Assembly (NCBI GenBank): GCA_040437565.1
Contig: JBDOQK010000009.1
Span: forward strand, 434,001-498,000
Origin: Albugo candida
Lineage: Eukaryota
Direction of reading: 5' to 3'
Length of the DNA: 64,000 nt
In this document: piece by piece, positions 1 through 13,100 of the stretch
Position numbering within the stretch: the first letter of the stretch is position 1
Layout of the letters: each line of letters begins with the position of its first letter
Notes under the pieces: generated by a model
Seen by the model: the letters and a program-made list of their open reading frames with translations, nothing else
Database searches by the model: none
What the model was told of the DNA's origin: nothing
Program-made: the position numbers and the translations under genes

Positions 1-17
1 AGTTTAATTCATTTCAG

Positions 18-1608
18 GCAAATATGTCATCGGGAAAACGCTGGGGGAGGGAACGTTTGGAAAGTGAGTATCTAGAAACCATCTGTTTTGTCATGTCGTG
101 TTCTGATACCTTATATGAAGAGTGAAGTTTGCGGTAAACACAGAGACTGATGAGCGTGTGGCGATCAAAGTGCTGGATAAAGAGAAGATACAGAAACAGA
201 ATATGGGTGCGCAGATAAAGAAAGAAATCTCAATCATGAAAATGGTCCGTCACAGACATGTTGTCGTTTTGAAGGAAGTCCTCGCAAGTCGGACCAAGGT
301 TTGTGCATACCTGTGACACACTATCTGAGTACCTCACATTACTGTTACGAAAGATCTTTATCGTTTTGGAACTTATCACAGGAGGGGAATTATTCGATAA
401 GATCGTCAGCGAGGGAAGGTACGTTCCCGAATATTGCAAAAAGACACCTCTGACTTTGCGTCATCGAATAGATTCAATGAGACAACTGCTCGCTTTTACT
501 TCCAACAGTTGGTAGATGGTGTCCAATACTGTCATCAAAATGGTGTGTGCCACCGAGATTTGAAACCAGGTACGCTCATAGAAATAATCCAATCCAGTTG
601 ATTAATTGCAATGCAGAGAATCTCTTATTGGACGAAAATGGAGATCTGAAGATTTCTGATTTTGGATTATCCGCTCTTTATGAAGGTGGCAATCCCGATG
701 GAACAGGTGAGAGTACTCGTGCCGCTCTCCTTCATACGACTTGTGGTACACCCAATTACGTTGCACCCGAAGTGTTGGCGGACAAGGGGTATGATGGTCG
801 GGCAGCCGATGTCTGGTCGATTGGGGTCATTCTATATGTCCTACTCGCGGGCTTCCTCCCTTTCGACGAGCCAACTATGTCAGCGCTGTTCCGAAAGATA
901 CAAAAAGCTGAATTCTCGTATCCGAGTTGGTTTTCACCTTGCGTTATAAATCTTTTGAATCGCATTTTGGTGCCGGATCCTGAGCAAAGAGTCACATTGA
1001 CTGATATTCAGAGTGACGATTGGCTGTTGAATGGATCAGAAGAGAATACGCACTTTGTAAAGGAATCTATGCAATCGGATGTATCCCTTCCAAACGATAC
1101 TTATATGGAGGAACAAGAAAACAAACAGACGACATCAGCTCAGTACAAACCGAGTCAAGCAGAAATGGACGCTGCGATTATTGAGCATCCTGACGAAGTA
1201 GTACGTAGTACTAAGAAGACCAGAAGCGAGACCGGAATTAAGACAATGAATGCGTTCGACTTGATCAATATGTGTGGAGGTATGGCGTTGAATCGGATGT
1301 TTCAATCGAATGACGAAAAACAAGTCAAAAGGTGCACACAATTCACATCGACTCTACCCGCGTCCACTATAATGGCTCGATTGACAACGTATCTGGAGTC
1401 CCGACATTGTGAAATCACTGTCGATAGCACTTCCAAACTACGAGCCACTTTGCAAACACCCAAAGGAGCAGTTGGAGTGGTCATTCAGATTTACGTTTTG
1501 GCTGAAAATCTTCACTTGGTCGAAGTTCGGCGAGGAAAAGGCGATATTTTCGAATATCACAAATTCTTTTCGCAATTAAATGAGCAATTACAAGATCTCA
1601 ACGCGTGA
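18..1608 (+). CDS. CBL-interacting protein kinase-like (CIPK/SnRK3-type) Ser/Thr kinase with NAF motif; 5' end lies outside the window
   Basis: Exons 18-63, 121-298, 354-418, 472-569 and 617-1608, joined by GT-AG introns, give a continuous kinase domain ([40 protein letters not shown]). This is followed by [12 protein letters not shown] (NAF/FISL-like) and a C-terminal ...[17 protein letters not shown] domain typical of CIPKs. Confidence 0.93.
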
Positions 1609-2876
1609 ATGGAACCTCTGCGTTTCAATATACTGATGTGCTTGCGTCGCAAGGAATGAAGTTTACATAATTGACGAGTTTGCTTGAGACTTGTACGTTT
1701 GAATTGTGTGAACTTTTTTTTATCAGGAATTTATAAAAGCGCTTTTGTATATTGCAATATTGAGGACGTGCCTTCTTTGTCGTCACTTTTTGCCACGAAA
1801 CCTTCATATGTTGCGATTGATTGTTTTTTATTGGACTGTAACCTTTCTGCCAAAAGAATTTGCAAGAGAATGTTTTATTGAAAGGGAAATGGTGTGAGTA
1901 GCAGAGGTCTCCTATCGGCAACCGTCAAACTATACAAGTTTCCAGTTTCAGTGTCGCCGATGAGGCCACAAGATAGTCTATATGATCAATGTAACCACAC
2001 TATTCAGACTTCTTGAAAACTCATCGGTCAAAAGGATACGCTGTACTCGACGCAACGTCATTATTGGTTGCCAATGCAGCGAATGGATCGGTGACTGCTG
2101 GCTACTCCAATGGCAAACTTGAGAAAAGGTTGCAAATTGCCGAACCTGTCGCTCGGTCAAAAAGATTAATGTGTCGACCACTTTAACGCACACAACATAC
2201 GAGTAAGAGACTTCAATTTGGCGATGTCGTCTCTTTGGAGAAAAGGGCGTGTATTCGGGTCAAAAGGGCGGCTGACTTTCTGCACGGCTCTGGTGAAAGC
2301 AAGCTGCACCTCTTGGAACTTTTACACGTTGAACCATCACACGTTGCACAACGAGCTCGTACATGCAGTTGGAGATATTTGCGAAATAATTGTACGGAAC
2401 TAATAAGTGCGACCTGGTATCAACCCTTCAATTAGAGTGAATAGTAGCAATTCTTCCTTTCACTTTCTGTATGGTCTATTCGGCAGCGAGGCACCGAAAT
2501 CGCGGGCAAAGTGATTGCAGGATGTTGCGATGCTTGTCTCTCAACATCATCGAGTGAAATGATTTGAACGATCATATATGTCGGTAACGAGCACGTAAGC
2601 CAAGCACATGCAGTTACCTGATTCGAGGTGAGCACATTTTTGATGGTAGAGAATGTGGATGTGTNNNNNNNNNNNNNNNNNNNNNNNNNNNNNNNNNNNN
2701 NNNNNNNNNNNNNNNNNNNNNNNNNNNNNNNNNNNNNNNNNNNNNNNNNNNNNNNNNNNNNNNNCATTACATAACGACGACGCGCCAGAGTTTCTTGGTT
2801 ACTTTACAGTGTCCTTCTGCTCGATGATTGGATGAATCAATTTTGGAATCCTGGAACATAATTGCTAGAATTCTTT

Positions 2877-2892
2877 TCATTTTTGAATTTGC
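2877..2892 (+). promoter_or_regulatory. Oomycete core promoter INR+FPR element
   Basis: TCATTTTTGAATTTGC matches the oomycete TCATTYBNNNWTTY initiator and MWTTTNC flanking promoter region, immediately upstream of the ATG at 2896. Confidence 0.6.
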
Positions 2893-2895
2893 TTT

Positions 2896-4695
2896 ATGCG
2901 ATCGTTTCGAGCGATACCCATTTTAACGTCGGTACTAGCATGCTGCATGCTTGTCAGTAATGGTCAAGAGCTACAAAGAGAATACATTTACCGCCCTCCT
3001 GCATCAGATGTGGTAGCATTACATGAACTGAAATGGGGTGGATACAGAGCATGTCAGACATGCCTTTTAGATGTAGCAGGAGTCAGTCGAGTCTCTCTCG
3101 TCTTGGCTGATCGCGTGTTTTTGAGAATTAGAATTACTTCTACGATTTTTGGGTTTCAACGAATGATGACTCATTGCAATGGTGACGTACATTGCCGCTC
3201 CCTTGAGTTGATATCGCAGCTACCGCTCGAAATAACAAATAACATCAACGCAATGGATCATCCAACGATACGCCCAGTGGCAAACGCGATTGAGATCGAG
3301 CAACCGATACATAAGACTTTGTGTGTGATCCACGACGAGAAAAACGCTGACGAGGAATGCAGAACATGCCTGCGACAAGCAAGTGGATCTATGATTCTTG
3401 GTGAGTCTTTTTTCGCAAATGAAGGCGTACTATACTTTACTACGATACTGCGCACATCACGTGGTAAGAGTGAGATTATCCAAGTCTGTGAAGCGTATGG
3501 TGCTTGTAAAAACATCAGAAAAGACGTATATTATTCGGATCAGATATGTGACGAGATCCATGATACAAAAATTTCCACGATGTTTAAACCGAGAACACTG
3601 AGAGAAGATCTACGTGATTCCAATAGCGATCTTTTATGTTTCGTTGTGAAGGCTAGTACGTTGGTTATTCCAACCCATAAAAAGTTGGTGAATTGCATGA
3701 AGTGCTTGGGAGATGACCGAAATACTATCATACATTCATTTAAAGCTGACGCTGAGCTTATCGAATTTGGGCTTTTACTGGTAAAGACAGCGCGGCTCGC
3801 AGAGGATTTGAATAAATGTCAAACATTTTGTCATGTGCGTTCCTCTGTTCCGATTGAAAAGTGTTATGACGATTACGACAAACACTTTGATATGTCGCCA
3901 GTTGGGAATCAAATCTCTTTGTATATGCCAAAGTCAATCCGAAACAATGTCAACATTAATGATGATAGTGGGTGCGTTTCGGTGCATCATCAAAGCATAT
4001 GGATGAGTAAGGATTCCTTACATCGTGGACAATTTCTCGCTGATGAAGAAGCCAGAAGGAACGAATGTATAAAGTGCCTACAATCACAGATTGGAATTCA
4101 TGTGTCACCGCTCTCCGATATAAGATCCTTGATCACATTAAACGCCGCTAATCAAATGAGAGCACTCGGTAACTGCATCAACGATAATGGATGTAATAGG
4201 CTCGCGTTTATCCCCAATGAAATGTGTACCAAAGAAGTTTGGTCGTCAATCAAAAAGACAACGAAAAAGATAAATAGATCGCATACGAATCTATCGCCAT
4301 ACGAGAACGAAGCAGGTTCATCACGTCAAACATCGAATAGTGGAAGCCTTCCAACCCAATCTGAACGATTGATTCCTGTTATGATGGCTAGATATGCTGA
4401 AGCATATTGCTTGGTGTGTCTGGCTCTTCTATATGAAGTGATCATGGTCTCGACCGTAAACAAGTACGTTTGGGTGCTCAGGAGAGAGAACCGAAACCAG
4501 AATTTACCGGTGTGTCAATCATGTTTGACTGATAAAAAAACCAAGAATCTCAATATTCGTTCACTGCGACCGATATCCGCCACACAGATCCAGTCTTACG
4601 TGCATGCAGAGATATCAATGGAAGGAAACGACGATGGACTGATAGCGATATATCAGCTTCCAATTGTCGACCCGTCGAGAGATACAAGCCAATGA
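2896..4695 (+). CDS. Secreted Cys-rich CCG (CxxCxxxxxG, CHxC-related) effector candidate, Albugo-type, 599 aa, intronless
   Basis: Hydrophobic N-terminus MRSFRAIPILTSVLACCMLVSNG (signal-peptide-like). CQTCLLDVAG at aa 53-62 fits CxxCxxxxxG about 30 aa after the predicted cleavage site. Further CxxCL motifs occur at aa 155, 267, 391, 505 and 540. Confidence 0.85.
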   Translation: MRSFRAIPILTSVLACCMLVSNGQELQREYIYRPPASDVVALHELKWGGYRACQTCLLDVAGVSRVSLVLADRVFLRIRITSTIFGFQRMMTHCNGDVHCRSLELISQLPLEITNNINAMDHPTIRPVANAIEIEQPIHKTLCVIHDEKNADEECRTCLRQASGSMILGESFFANEGVLYFTTILRTSRGKSEIIQVCEAYGACKNIRKDVYYSDQICDEIHDTKISTMFKPRTLREDLRDSNSDLLCFVVKASTLVIPTHKKLVNCMKCLGDDRNTIIHSFKADAELIEFGLLLVKTARLAEDLNKCQTFCHVRSSVPIEKCYDDYDKHFDMSPVGNQISLYMPKSIRNNVNINDDSGCVSVHHQSIWMSKDSLHRGQFLADEEARRNECIKCLQSQIGIHVSPLSDIRSLITLNAANQMRALGNCINDNGCNRLAFIPNEMCTKEVWSSIKKTTKKINRSHTNLSPYENEAGSSRQTSNSGSLPTQSERLIPVMMARYAEAYCLVCLALLYEVIMVSTVNKYVWVLRRENRNQNLPVCQSCLTDKKTKNLNIRSLRPISATQIQSYVHAEISMEGNDDGLIAIYQLPIVDPSRDTSQ

Positions 4696-7600
4696 GATTG
4701 ACAATTTGACTTTCACTTTGAGTTAACTATCATCCCGGTATTTCTCTCAAATCATGCCATAATAAACGCATCTCTTCATGTTGTTTTGTATTCGTATTTT
4801 CTCCATCACTTTTTGGATCGAATGTCCGATCCAAAATGAGCCTATGATGGGTTCGGTATCCATCCCAGCGCGTATCTTTCATATCTTTCCATAAACCGAT
4901 ACTGAGAGAATCTAAAATAATATTCATTTTGAATCGCAGTTATCGGAGTCAAACAACCCCAAAGTCGTCGGCGGTTGAAGCAGAGGAGACTTGTTTAGGA
5001 GTGAACGAGATATCAACCAACCTGTTATCGTTATGTCTCGGCACAATGCATAGCTCAAACGAATTGTCGACAGAATTAGCCGACAATGTTGGATATCGAT
5101 GTATTGTGTTGGTTTCTTAGCATGTGAGCTGAATAATCGAATAACCAAGAGATAGGTTTACCAGGTATTCATAAGGTGATTCCCGTTATTAGCAGTGAGC
5201 TCAGTGGTACATGTCACCCACGCACTTTGCATTTGTCACGAGATAGACGATTGCTTTGATAATGATTTGAATGTAGCAGAATGTGGAATGAGTGCATGAT
5301 AAGTGAGTTGAGATGAATTTACACTTGTTCACCGTTAGACTCTCCGATGTTCGATAATTCGATGTGCACTAGCATCATCGGGAACTCATTGAAAACAGCG
5401 CTTGCGCATTGGTCGTTGCTGCTTATTTTGATCAGTGTATCCGACATAGAAGCTGTGCATGCAGAAAGGGATTGCACCACCATTAAAGATTGGTATGAAG
5501 ACTGAGCCTTACATTTCTTTGTCATAATCTTAATTAAAGTCAGCCATTTTGTAAATTCTATACAGCATATCTCTTCACCATATGATGCTACCGCTCAAAT
5601 AAGCTAAAGATTTGAATATATTGAGCATGAAATTATTACAAGCACGTCAAAAACAATTATCACAATTGTATCCACCCTGCTACGAGCACGGTCTCTCACA
5701 TTTGATACAAATGTCTCGACCCCTACTGTATAGAAATCTGTTGCTACATATGATCATTGTGTTGCAATTATTTTAGCCCTCGAATAGTCTGCAGGTGATT
5801 ATGAGCTACTTATTTGAATCGTTCTAACATGTCATGGAAGAGATTCCAGATGTACAAAAGTATCTCCATGACGCACTTGCTACAACCCCGTAACTACAGC
5901 GTCATGAGGTTGCCGAGAAGAATATTTGCTACCACGTGATCCTACAAAAGTACTTGAATAAAAATAATCACTGTTCATAGCGCCAGCTCCGAGTAAGACG
6001 ACCTCAAAGCAATGATCCGACGAATCCGTTGTCAATCTGATCTTTTGGTACATTCTGTAAATCAGAATACGGTGAAAACCTTTTAGAATCGCCACGGGCT
6101 ACCAAGTGTTTCTGTAGTACCCAATGCAATCTAAAAGGCCGATACTTTTCATATTGTGTGCTGAAAACGCGTCCCGGGACATGCTTGTTCACAATTCCAT
6201 TTATTCAGTGTCGATATGACCCATTGAGGTCTTTTAAGGCAATACGAACGTTTACGTGCTTAAAAGGCCTGTCTTTTTGTGAAAAATCGAATGCTTGAAC
6301 CCTGTACTTGTCATCATTTCACTATCTCCTTTGTAGAGTGTTTCTCTTCCATTCTCAAAAGCGTCATAAATCAAATATATCCATCCATGCGAGCGAATAC
6401 GATACGATAAACGGATCAGCTTCCCACTGGATCATTATTTCAAACTTTGCCATCACCTCATTCTTTAAATGTACTCCACCATCCGATATTCAGACTGACG
6501 CGATGCCACATCGTTCAAAGTAATCGACCAATGGGTCATCGATGATATTCGTCTTCTTACATATACCACTTCCCAGTCCTCCATTTTCAACCCGTATTTA
6601 AATCTCTGTTTCCCACTCGCAGTGACACGTCTCCTTTTTGGGGAATGTAATTTTCCTAAATGTGCGAGAACATTTACCGGTACCCATTATAGATGACGCA
6701 TTCACGTCATCAGTCATTGAGCTCCATTCTGGAATGATTCTCTGTCCTGCATCCATGTTCAATTTGCCTGTGCGTAAATCATTTGTATTCAATCTGCTTG
6801 CTGGCAATCAAGTGATGGGTCTTTGAGACGAGAGACCGCGCCAAGTACTGCTAGAGCATGGNNNNNNNNNNNNNNNNNNNNNNNNNNNNNNNNNNNNNNN
6901 NNNNNNNNNNNNNNNNNNNNNNNNNNNNNNNNNNNNNNNNNNNNNNNNNNNNNNNNNNNNNCAGTCCTCCATTTTCAACCCGTATTTAAATCTCTGTTTC
7001 CCACTCGCAGTGACACGTCTCCTTTTTGGGGAATGTAATTTTCCTAAATGTGCGAGAACATTTACCGGTACCCATTATAGATGACGCATTCACGTCATCA
7101 GTCATTGAGCTCCATTCTGGAATGATTCTCTGTCCTGCATCCATGTTCAATTTGCCTGTGCGTAAATCATTTGTATTCAATCTGCTTGCTGGCAATCAAG
7201 TGATGGGTCTTTGAGACGAGAGACCGCGCCAAGTACTGCTAGAGCATGGCTTCCATTAACCATTTCGTCTGATGTTTTCGTCGCCTATCTTATGTTCGAT
7301 CATATACCGCCAGATTTGGAGCACCACACGATAGCCCGTTGCTGAAGCTTATCGGCTCCATATCAAGCGATTGCGTATCCAGCGCTNNNNNNNNNNNNNN
7401 NNNNNNNNNNNNNNNNNNNNNNNNNNNNNNNNNNNNNNNNNNNNNNNNNNNNNNNNNNNNNNNNNNNNNNNNNNNNNNNNNNNNNNTTCCATTAACACTC
7501 GATCAAACCTTTTCTTTGGCACCTCCCAACGACTTGAGAATTTTCGTCTGATGTTTTCGTCGCCTATCTTATGTTCGATCATATACCGCCAGATTTGGAG

Positions 7601-10159
7601 CACCACACGATAGCCCGTTGCTGAAGCTTATCGGCTCCATATCAAGCGATTGCGTATCCAGCGCTAAACACAGTCATATTAATCGCAAACATCGATGATT
7701 TCTGAACAAACGGGAAGCTCTTACTCGGGGTAAATCGCTCAAGACTCATGCAAAGCTTCACGGTACAAAGCCTCCTGTTTGCGTTTCCCATTTAACGGAC
7801 GCTTCTTTACTGAATTCGTTGATGATGAAAAATAGCCTTCCTTCAGACACCACAGATGGTGTTGGAAAGATCCACTCGAACCATCGCGTCAGGTGACAAA
7901 CGGCTTTATAAAGCAGTGTGCACACAATATGGCTATTTCTTCGTAACATAACGATTTCTTCACATGCTTAATACATCTGTCAGAATTGCCCTTAGCCGCT
8001 TTCATTATACGCAGTGAAGCTCTCAAATCACTCAAACTGCATACACTTTACTAATCGACAGCCGTTACAGGGCTTATCGTCTCACGCTGTCCCCGTTCGT
8101 GCGATGCAGGGATTCACACCATTAGCGAATATGTTCTTGCCACATCATACTGCTACGAATGCGAGAGACTCATACTTTATTGGATCAATCTCAGAACCAA
8201 ATTTTTCACTTCCAGTGAGACACTGCCTTAGGAACCTTTTCTACAATCTTCCGCGTAGATACCATGTTGTTTGTACATTCGATAATCGCTCATCTCGGTC
8301 TGTTGTCTGCCTGGAGTGATAACGTATACTAATCGCAAATTCGTTTGTATTTGTAGAAAATCTAGTCGATCGAGAACTGCATCATTGATCATTAAAAGGT
8401 ATCATAAACGGATATTGTCTGGATATCGTCATATTGGCTTTGATTGTTTCTTCAAATAGCACATTTAGAAGAAGAGGCTCTGACGGGTAAATCTCTGCCG
8501 CAGACCTCACTCTGACATATCGTCATAATGCAAGAACACCTAGGTCGTCGGCCAAGTCTCGATTAACCCCTACTGTTCCGAACTCTTGGCGTATAACTCG
8601 ATTATCGCTCGTAGAGTACCCATTGGGCTTTCTAAACCGATCACACTCGTTTTTTTCCTCTATAGAATCTTTGTTACACACGCGGCACGTGGCGGTCAGT
8701 GTGTTACGACAGTAATTTTTTTGGCTTGGCATCTCAGCCTTGCTTTTTTATATTTCTGTCTCGGAAATTGCCTCAAGTTAATGATTCATCACCTCATTAT
8801 GCATCAGCTACCCAGTACTGCGGGTCAGCAGAAACTGTGAAAATGTCGGAGAAGGAATCCCGTACAAATATATCAATGACATCTCCAGTTGCTTAATTCT
8901 TTCCTTCTTTCTTTGATAAGGCTACCAATCTGAACCTCAAACTCATTTTATTGCGAGTCCCTTTGGATCACTGTCGTTCCCTTAAAGCCATTTCATAGCT
9001 GTGTGTTCAGTACTTTTGCATTTTGCGTTCTCGAGACAACTTCTTNNNNNNNNNNNNNNNNNNNNNNNNNNNNNNNNNNNNNNNNNNNNNNNNNNNNNNN
9101 NNNNNNNNNNNNNNNNNNNNNNNNNNNNNNNNNNNNNNNNNNNNNTCATTATGCATCAGCTACCCAGTACTGCGGGTCAGCAGAAACTGTGAAAATGTCG
9201 GAGAAGGAATCCCGTACAAATATATCAATGACATCTCCAGTTGCTTAATTCTTTCCTTCTTTCTTTGATAAGGCTACCAATCTGAACCTCAAACTCATTT
9301 TATTGCGAGTCCCTTTGGGTCACTGTCGTTCCCTTAAAGCCATTTCATAGCTGTGTGTTCAGTACTTTTGCATTTTGCGTTCTCGAGACAACTTCTTGAT
9401 TGCCCCGTAGAGCAGTGATCCCCTTTCACTGCGATAATGAGGTTGCTTCCTGCATGTAGTGTGCTTTCATTCTATGTTCCATCATTATCCTTTATGGCGG
9501 ATATCGATTTTGACTCGAAAGAACGGCCATCATTTCTGATCGATCCCATATTACTTGATCGCAGCTCATTCAAGTGTCATATTCGCCAATTAGAAAATGA
9601 ATGTGACAATTACGACGTTTCTTCAAGTTGCATCTCATTCATTGTGCATACTTTGGCCATCTCATCAAAGTTCCAAATGGACTTGTTCTGCCCTCTGTTT
9701 TAAAGACATGTCACACATTTCTATATTCAAGCTGTGCATTTTCGAGGTATTCCTATCCTCTGCATCCTGATAGAATTTTTCACAGTCAAGATTTCCTTTA
9801 GTACCTCACAAATATCTAAAACGGCAGTTGCCTACCTGATTGAATGATCTACAGCGTATGTATCGCTCTGAGATCATTACAAACGGCATTTTTATCACTA
9901 TCAAATCATTATTGAGTATGCCACATGTGCACCTAATTACAATGTTATCGCTCAAATCTTATAGAAATAACCCTTTGCAGGCTTACAAGAGTGGAATACA
10001 CGCGTTTGAGAGGAGATAGCATACTTCTATTGGCGTAGAGCGTGTCAACTTATTAATTCTATCCCTTACGTAAAATCAATCCGACAACAAATGTCTGTCG
10101 ATACTATAACAAACTTTTGTAGCTTACGGTAACACATCCATGCACCCAACTGCCTATCG

Positions 10160-13100
10160 ATGGAGGATGAACCAACCTTACCTTACAATCGCCCCTTGCT
10201 GTGTATAAAAGAGCTTTCATTGAATAAGACACAACGAAATCGTAAAGTTACATTCACATGTGTGCACGCATCTCATAAATTCGTTGTCTGTGGGTCTGTA
10301 TGCAATGTCTTCTTACGTGTTTGCACAGCACCTCACATCTTTAATGTGCAGTGCAAATAATGGAAATATTTTCGTATACGCTCGTTCGTCTCCATTTGTA
10401 TCGACACACGCTCCGACGTTGTCGGCAGAGTTCTCTTCCTCTCGTTTTTATATCGTTAAAGTGATCTCTGAACTCATAAATGATCCCATTTCGTGCATTT
10501 CGATCTCTCCGTGCGAAAAAAATCTCATTGTTGGAACTTCTCGCGGGACGTTATATGGACTGCAGCTAACCGATCACCAGAAAATCGGTGAAAAAGTGGC
10601 ATTTACGCATGATTTCCATGCGGGCGCTCCAATTAGTTGTATTATTTGGGACGAACTGCGAAATCGATTATTTTCAGCATCCGACAAGGGCAACGTATGT
10701 CAAACGACAGTGCGTGAAGGCCTGACAGCGTATTTTGGAGCAACACAAACAGAATTGCTGGTCGATGAAGATAGTGCAATTGTGCAAGTCCGTATTCTCT
10801 GCGCATTTCTATCTCTTTTCGACAAATCTCAACCTGTTAATCGATCAGCTTGAATTTTGCAGAGCGAATTCCATAGAATTTTTATTGGTTTCATCGCTTC
10901 GTCGATCGTTAGTACTGAATCTTGACGCAATGGAAGGGAATGCTGTGCAGGTGCAAGTGCTATTATCGCTATATCGTCTCGTAAAAGCAGATCGTCTCAA
11001 TTTTAATCTGATTTTAGATTGGTACAAAACCTCGCAATGGGAACTTTGGCGGATGCTTCACAAAAGACAGTAAAGACGCTACCAATCCCACAAAAGTAAA
11101 CGTCTTATGTGCACGTCCCGGTCGTCGAATTTGGATCGGCAATCCCATTAGCGGTAAAGTAGCAGCCACTCTCAAGTTCCCAAAATGCGAGACTTCATCC
11201 TGCTTCATCGGTCATTCGATATCGGAGACAAACAGTTGAGTACCTTGCGCTGATTAGCTGTGAAAAGAAGTCACATACTTTGGATTATGTGTTGCGACAG
11301 GCAGCAATGCAAAGGATGTTGCTATAAGAAATGTAGCGCGATTTCAATTCGATCAAGATCATACAACGGAATCAAACGCTATTCAGAACCTTCCATTACT
11401 TATTAGCTGGCAGCTCGGCTTCGAATCGCTTCTGTTTCTAGATCCAAATAATGAGAAAATTGTGGAACGCCATGTCGATCTTGGGATTATACATGATTTA
11501 AAGGTATAGTTTTCAGCTCGCAGTGTCGGTATCACACTCCAATTGTCAATGTGATATGTCCTTTAGATTATCGATGCATCAACGCTAATTGTTCTTCACG
11601 GAAAGAAGCGGAAGATTTCGTACATCAGTGCATGTTCTGCGAGTCAGTTTCTCGATAAGTATGCAGCAGGAGACACATCCAAAGCCATAAGCCTTGCGAT
11701 CGATTACGGGATCGTCGATTTAAAAGTACTGAAAGAACTGAGAAAAACGATGATGAACGAAATTGAACGTATGGAACTCGAAAACGCTGAAAATCCATTT
11801 GAACTGCATACAACGGCTTTGGATGCACTGATTAGCAGTGTTGAACAGAACGAAGCCATTTTCAATCGTTTCGATACAATCGTGTCTGATGCAGTCACAG
11901 AGAAGACACCAAAGCATTTGGGGACTCTATCAAGCAAACATGTTTCTGTTTTGGAAGCAGCAGACTCGAGAAATTTCCAATTACCTTCAGCCTCATTTTC
12001 GTATGCTGAGTATATTCCGACGATCGGCAGCTCTCAACTCGTCGATGAGGTGGAAAATATCAATGATCTGGCGATCGAAAGCTTTGTTATCCAGCAAGAT
12101 GACCGTGATGTATGGCTTAGAGAACTCGCAAAGTCGCTTCCTGAAGGCTGTAAGATGGATGAAAACACTTCATCTTCTCAAGGCTGGAAAGACACGATGA
12201 ACTCGATAGTGGCAGCCAAGGCAATTACATCACTTTTTCCCAATCCTCTACTTCTCACCAGCTTTAGTGACTCGCACTCGCACTCTGATCAGAGAACGCT
12301 TGATTTCGCGGATGAAATCGGGTACACGATCACAGAAGACACCTTGGACGTATCACTTGGGTATACAGCACCTTATGTCGCTCATCAAGCAATGCTGAGA
12401 TTGGCTTTGTTGAATGCGTATCGCTTCCGGCAGAGTCCGGAAAGTGACGTGATCATTGAGGCTATAGCTTCCTTTATTTGGAGTTCAAGGTTGAAATTTG
12501 AGTCGAGAATAGCGATACATGATCACTTTATATTACCACAAACTGTAGCTGATGATTTCACCAAGGACGCTGCGGATGAGTCGATACAAAAGCAAGGTAT
12601 ATTGAGGCAGATCGAAGGTATATCCACAGAAAAGAATGGGAAGAAAAGTGACCGAGTTTTGGATATATCTCGACCAAATCAACGCAAAGGGATGATTACC
12701 ACGTCACCAAACTCTATGCATTTTAAGCAGCGTCTGATACAAAATCGTTTCGGTGCTGCTTCGACGTGCGATATCCAGAGAAGATGTCTAATTGGTGGTC
12801 GTATGGCCACTTCGTACCAACTCGAAAGTGTTTTATCGCGAGGAATCGATGAACTCTATGCAGAACTTGTTGCAGCAGCCTCATCCGCAAAGTCGAACGT
12901 TTCCGTGTCCATTCGAATTTGGCCTGCGTCCGGTATCACTCGTGTATGCGCTTGTCTGACCAATTTGTATCTCCATGAAGGTGATTTTGACCAGGTCAAT
13001 CGTGTTATCGAGGTAAGTGCTCAATAATGTGACTTGGAGCTCTACAAACCGATTGTGTAGGCGTGGCTTACTTGTTTTATTCCCCAATCGAAATCTGCTG

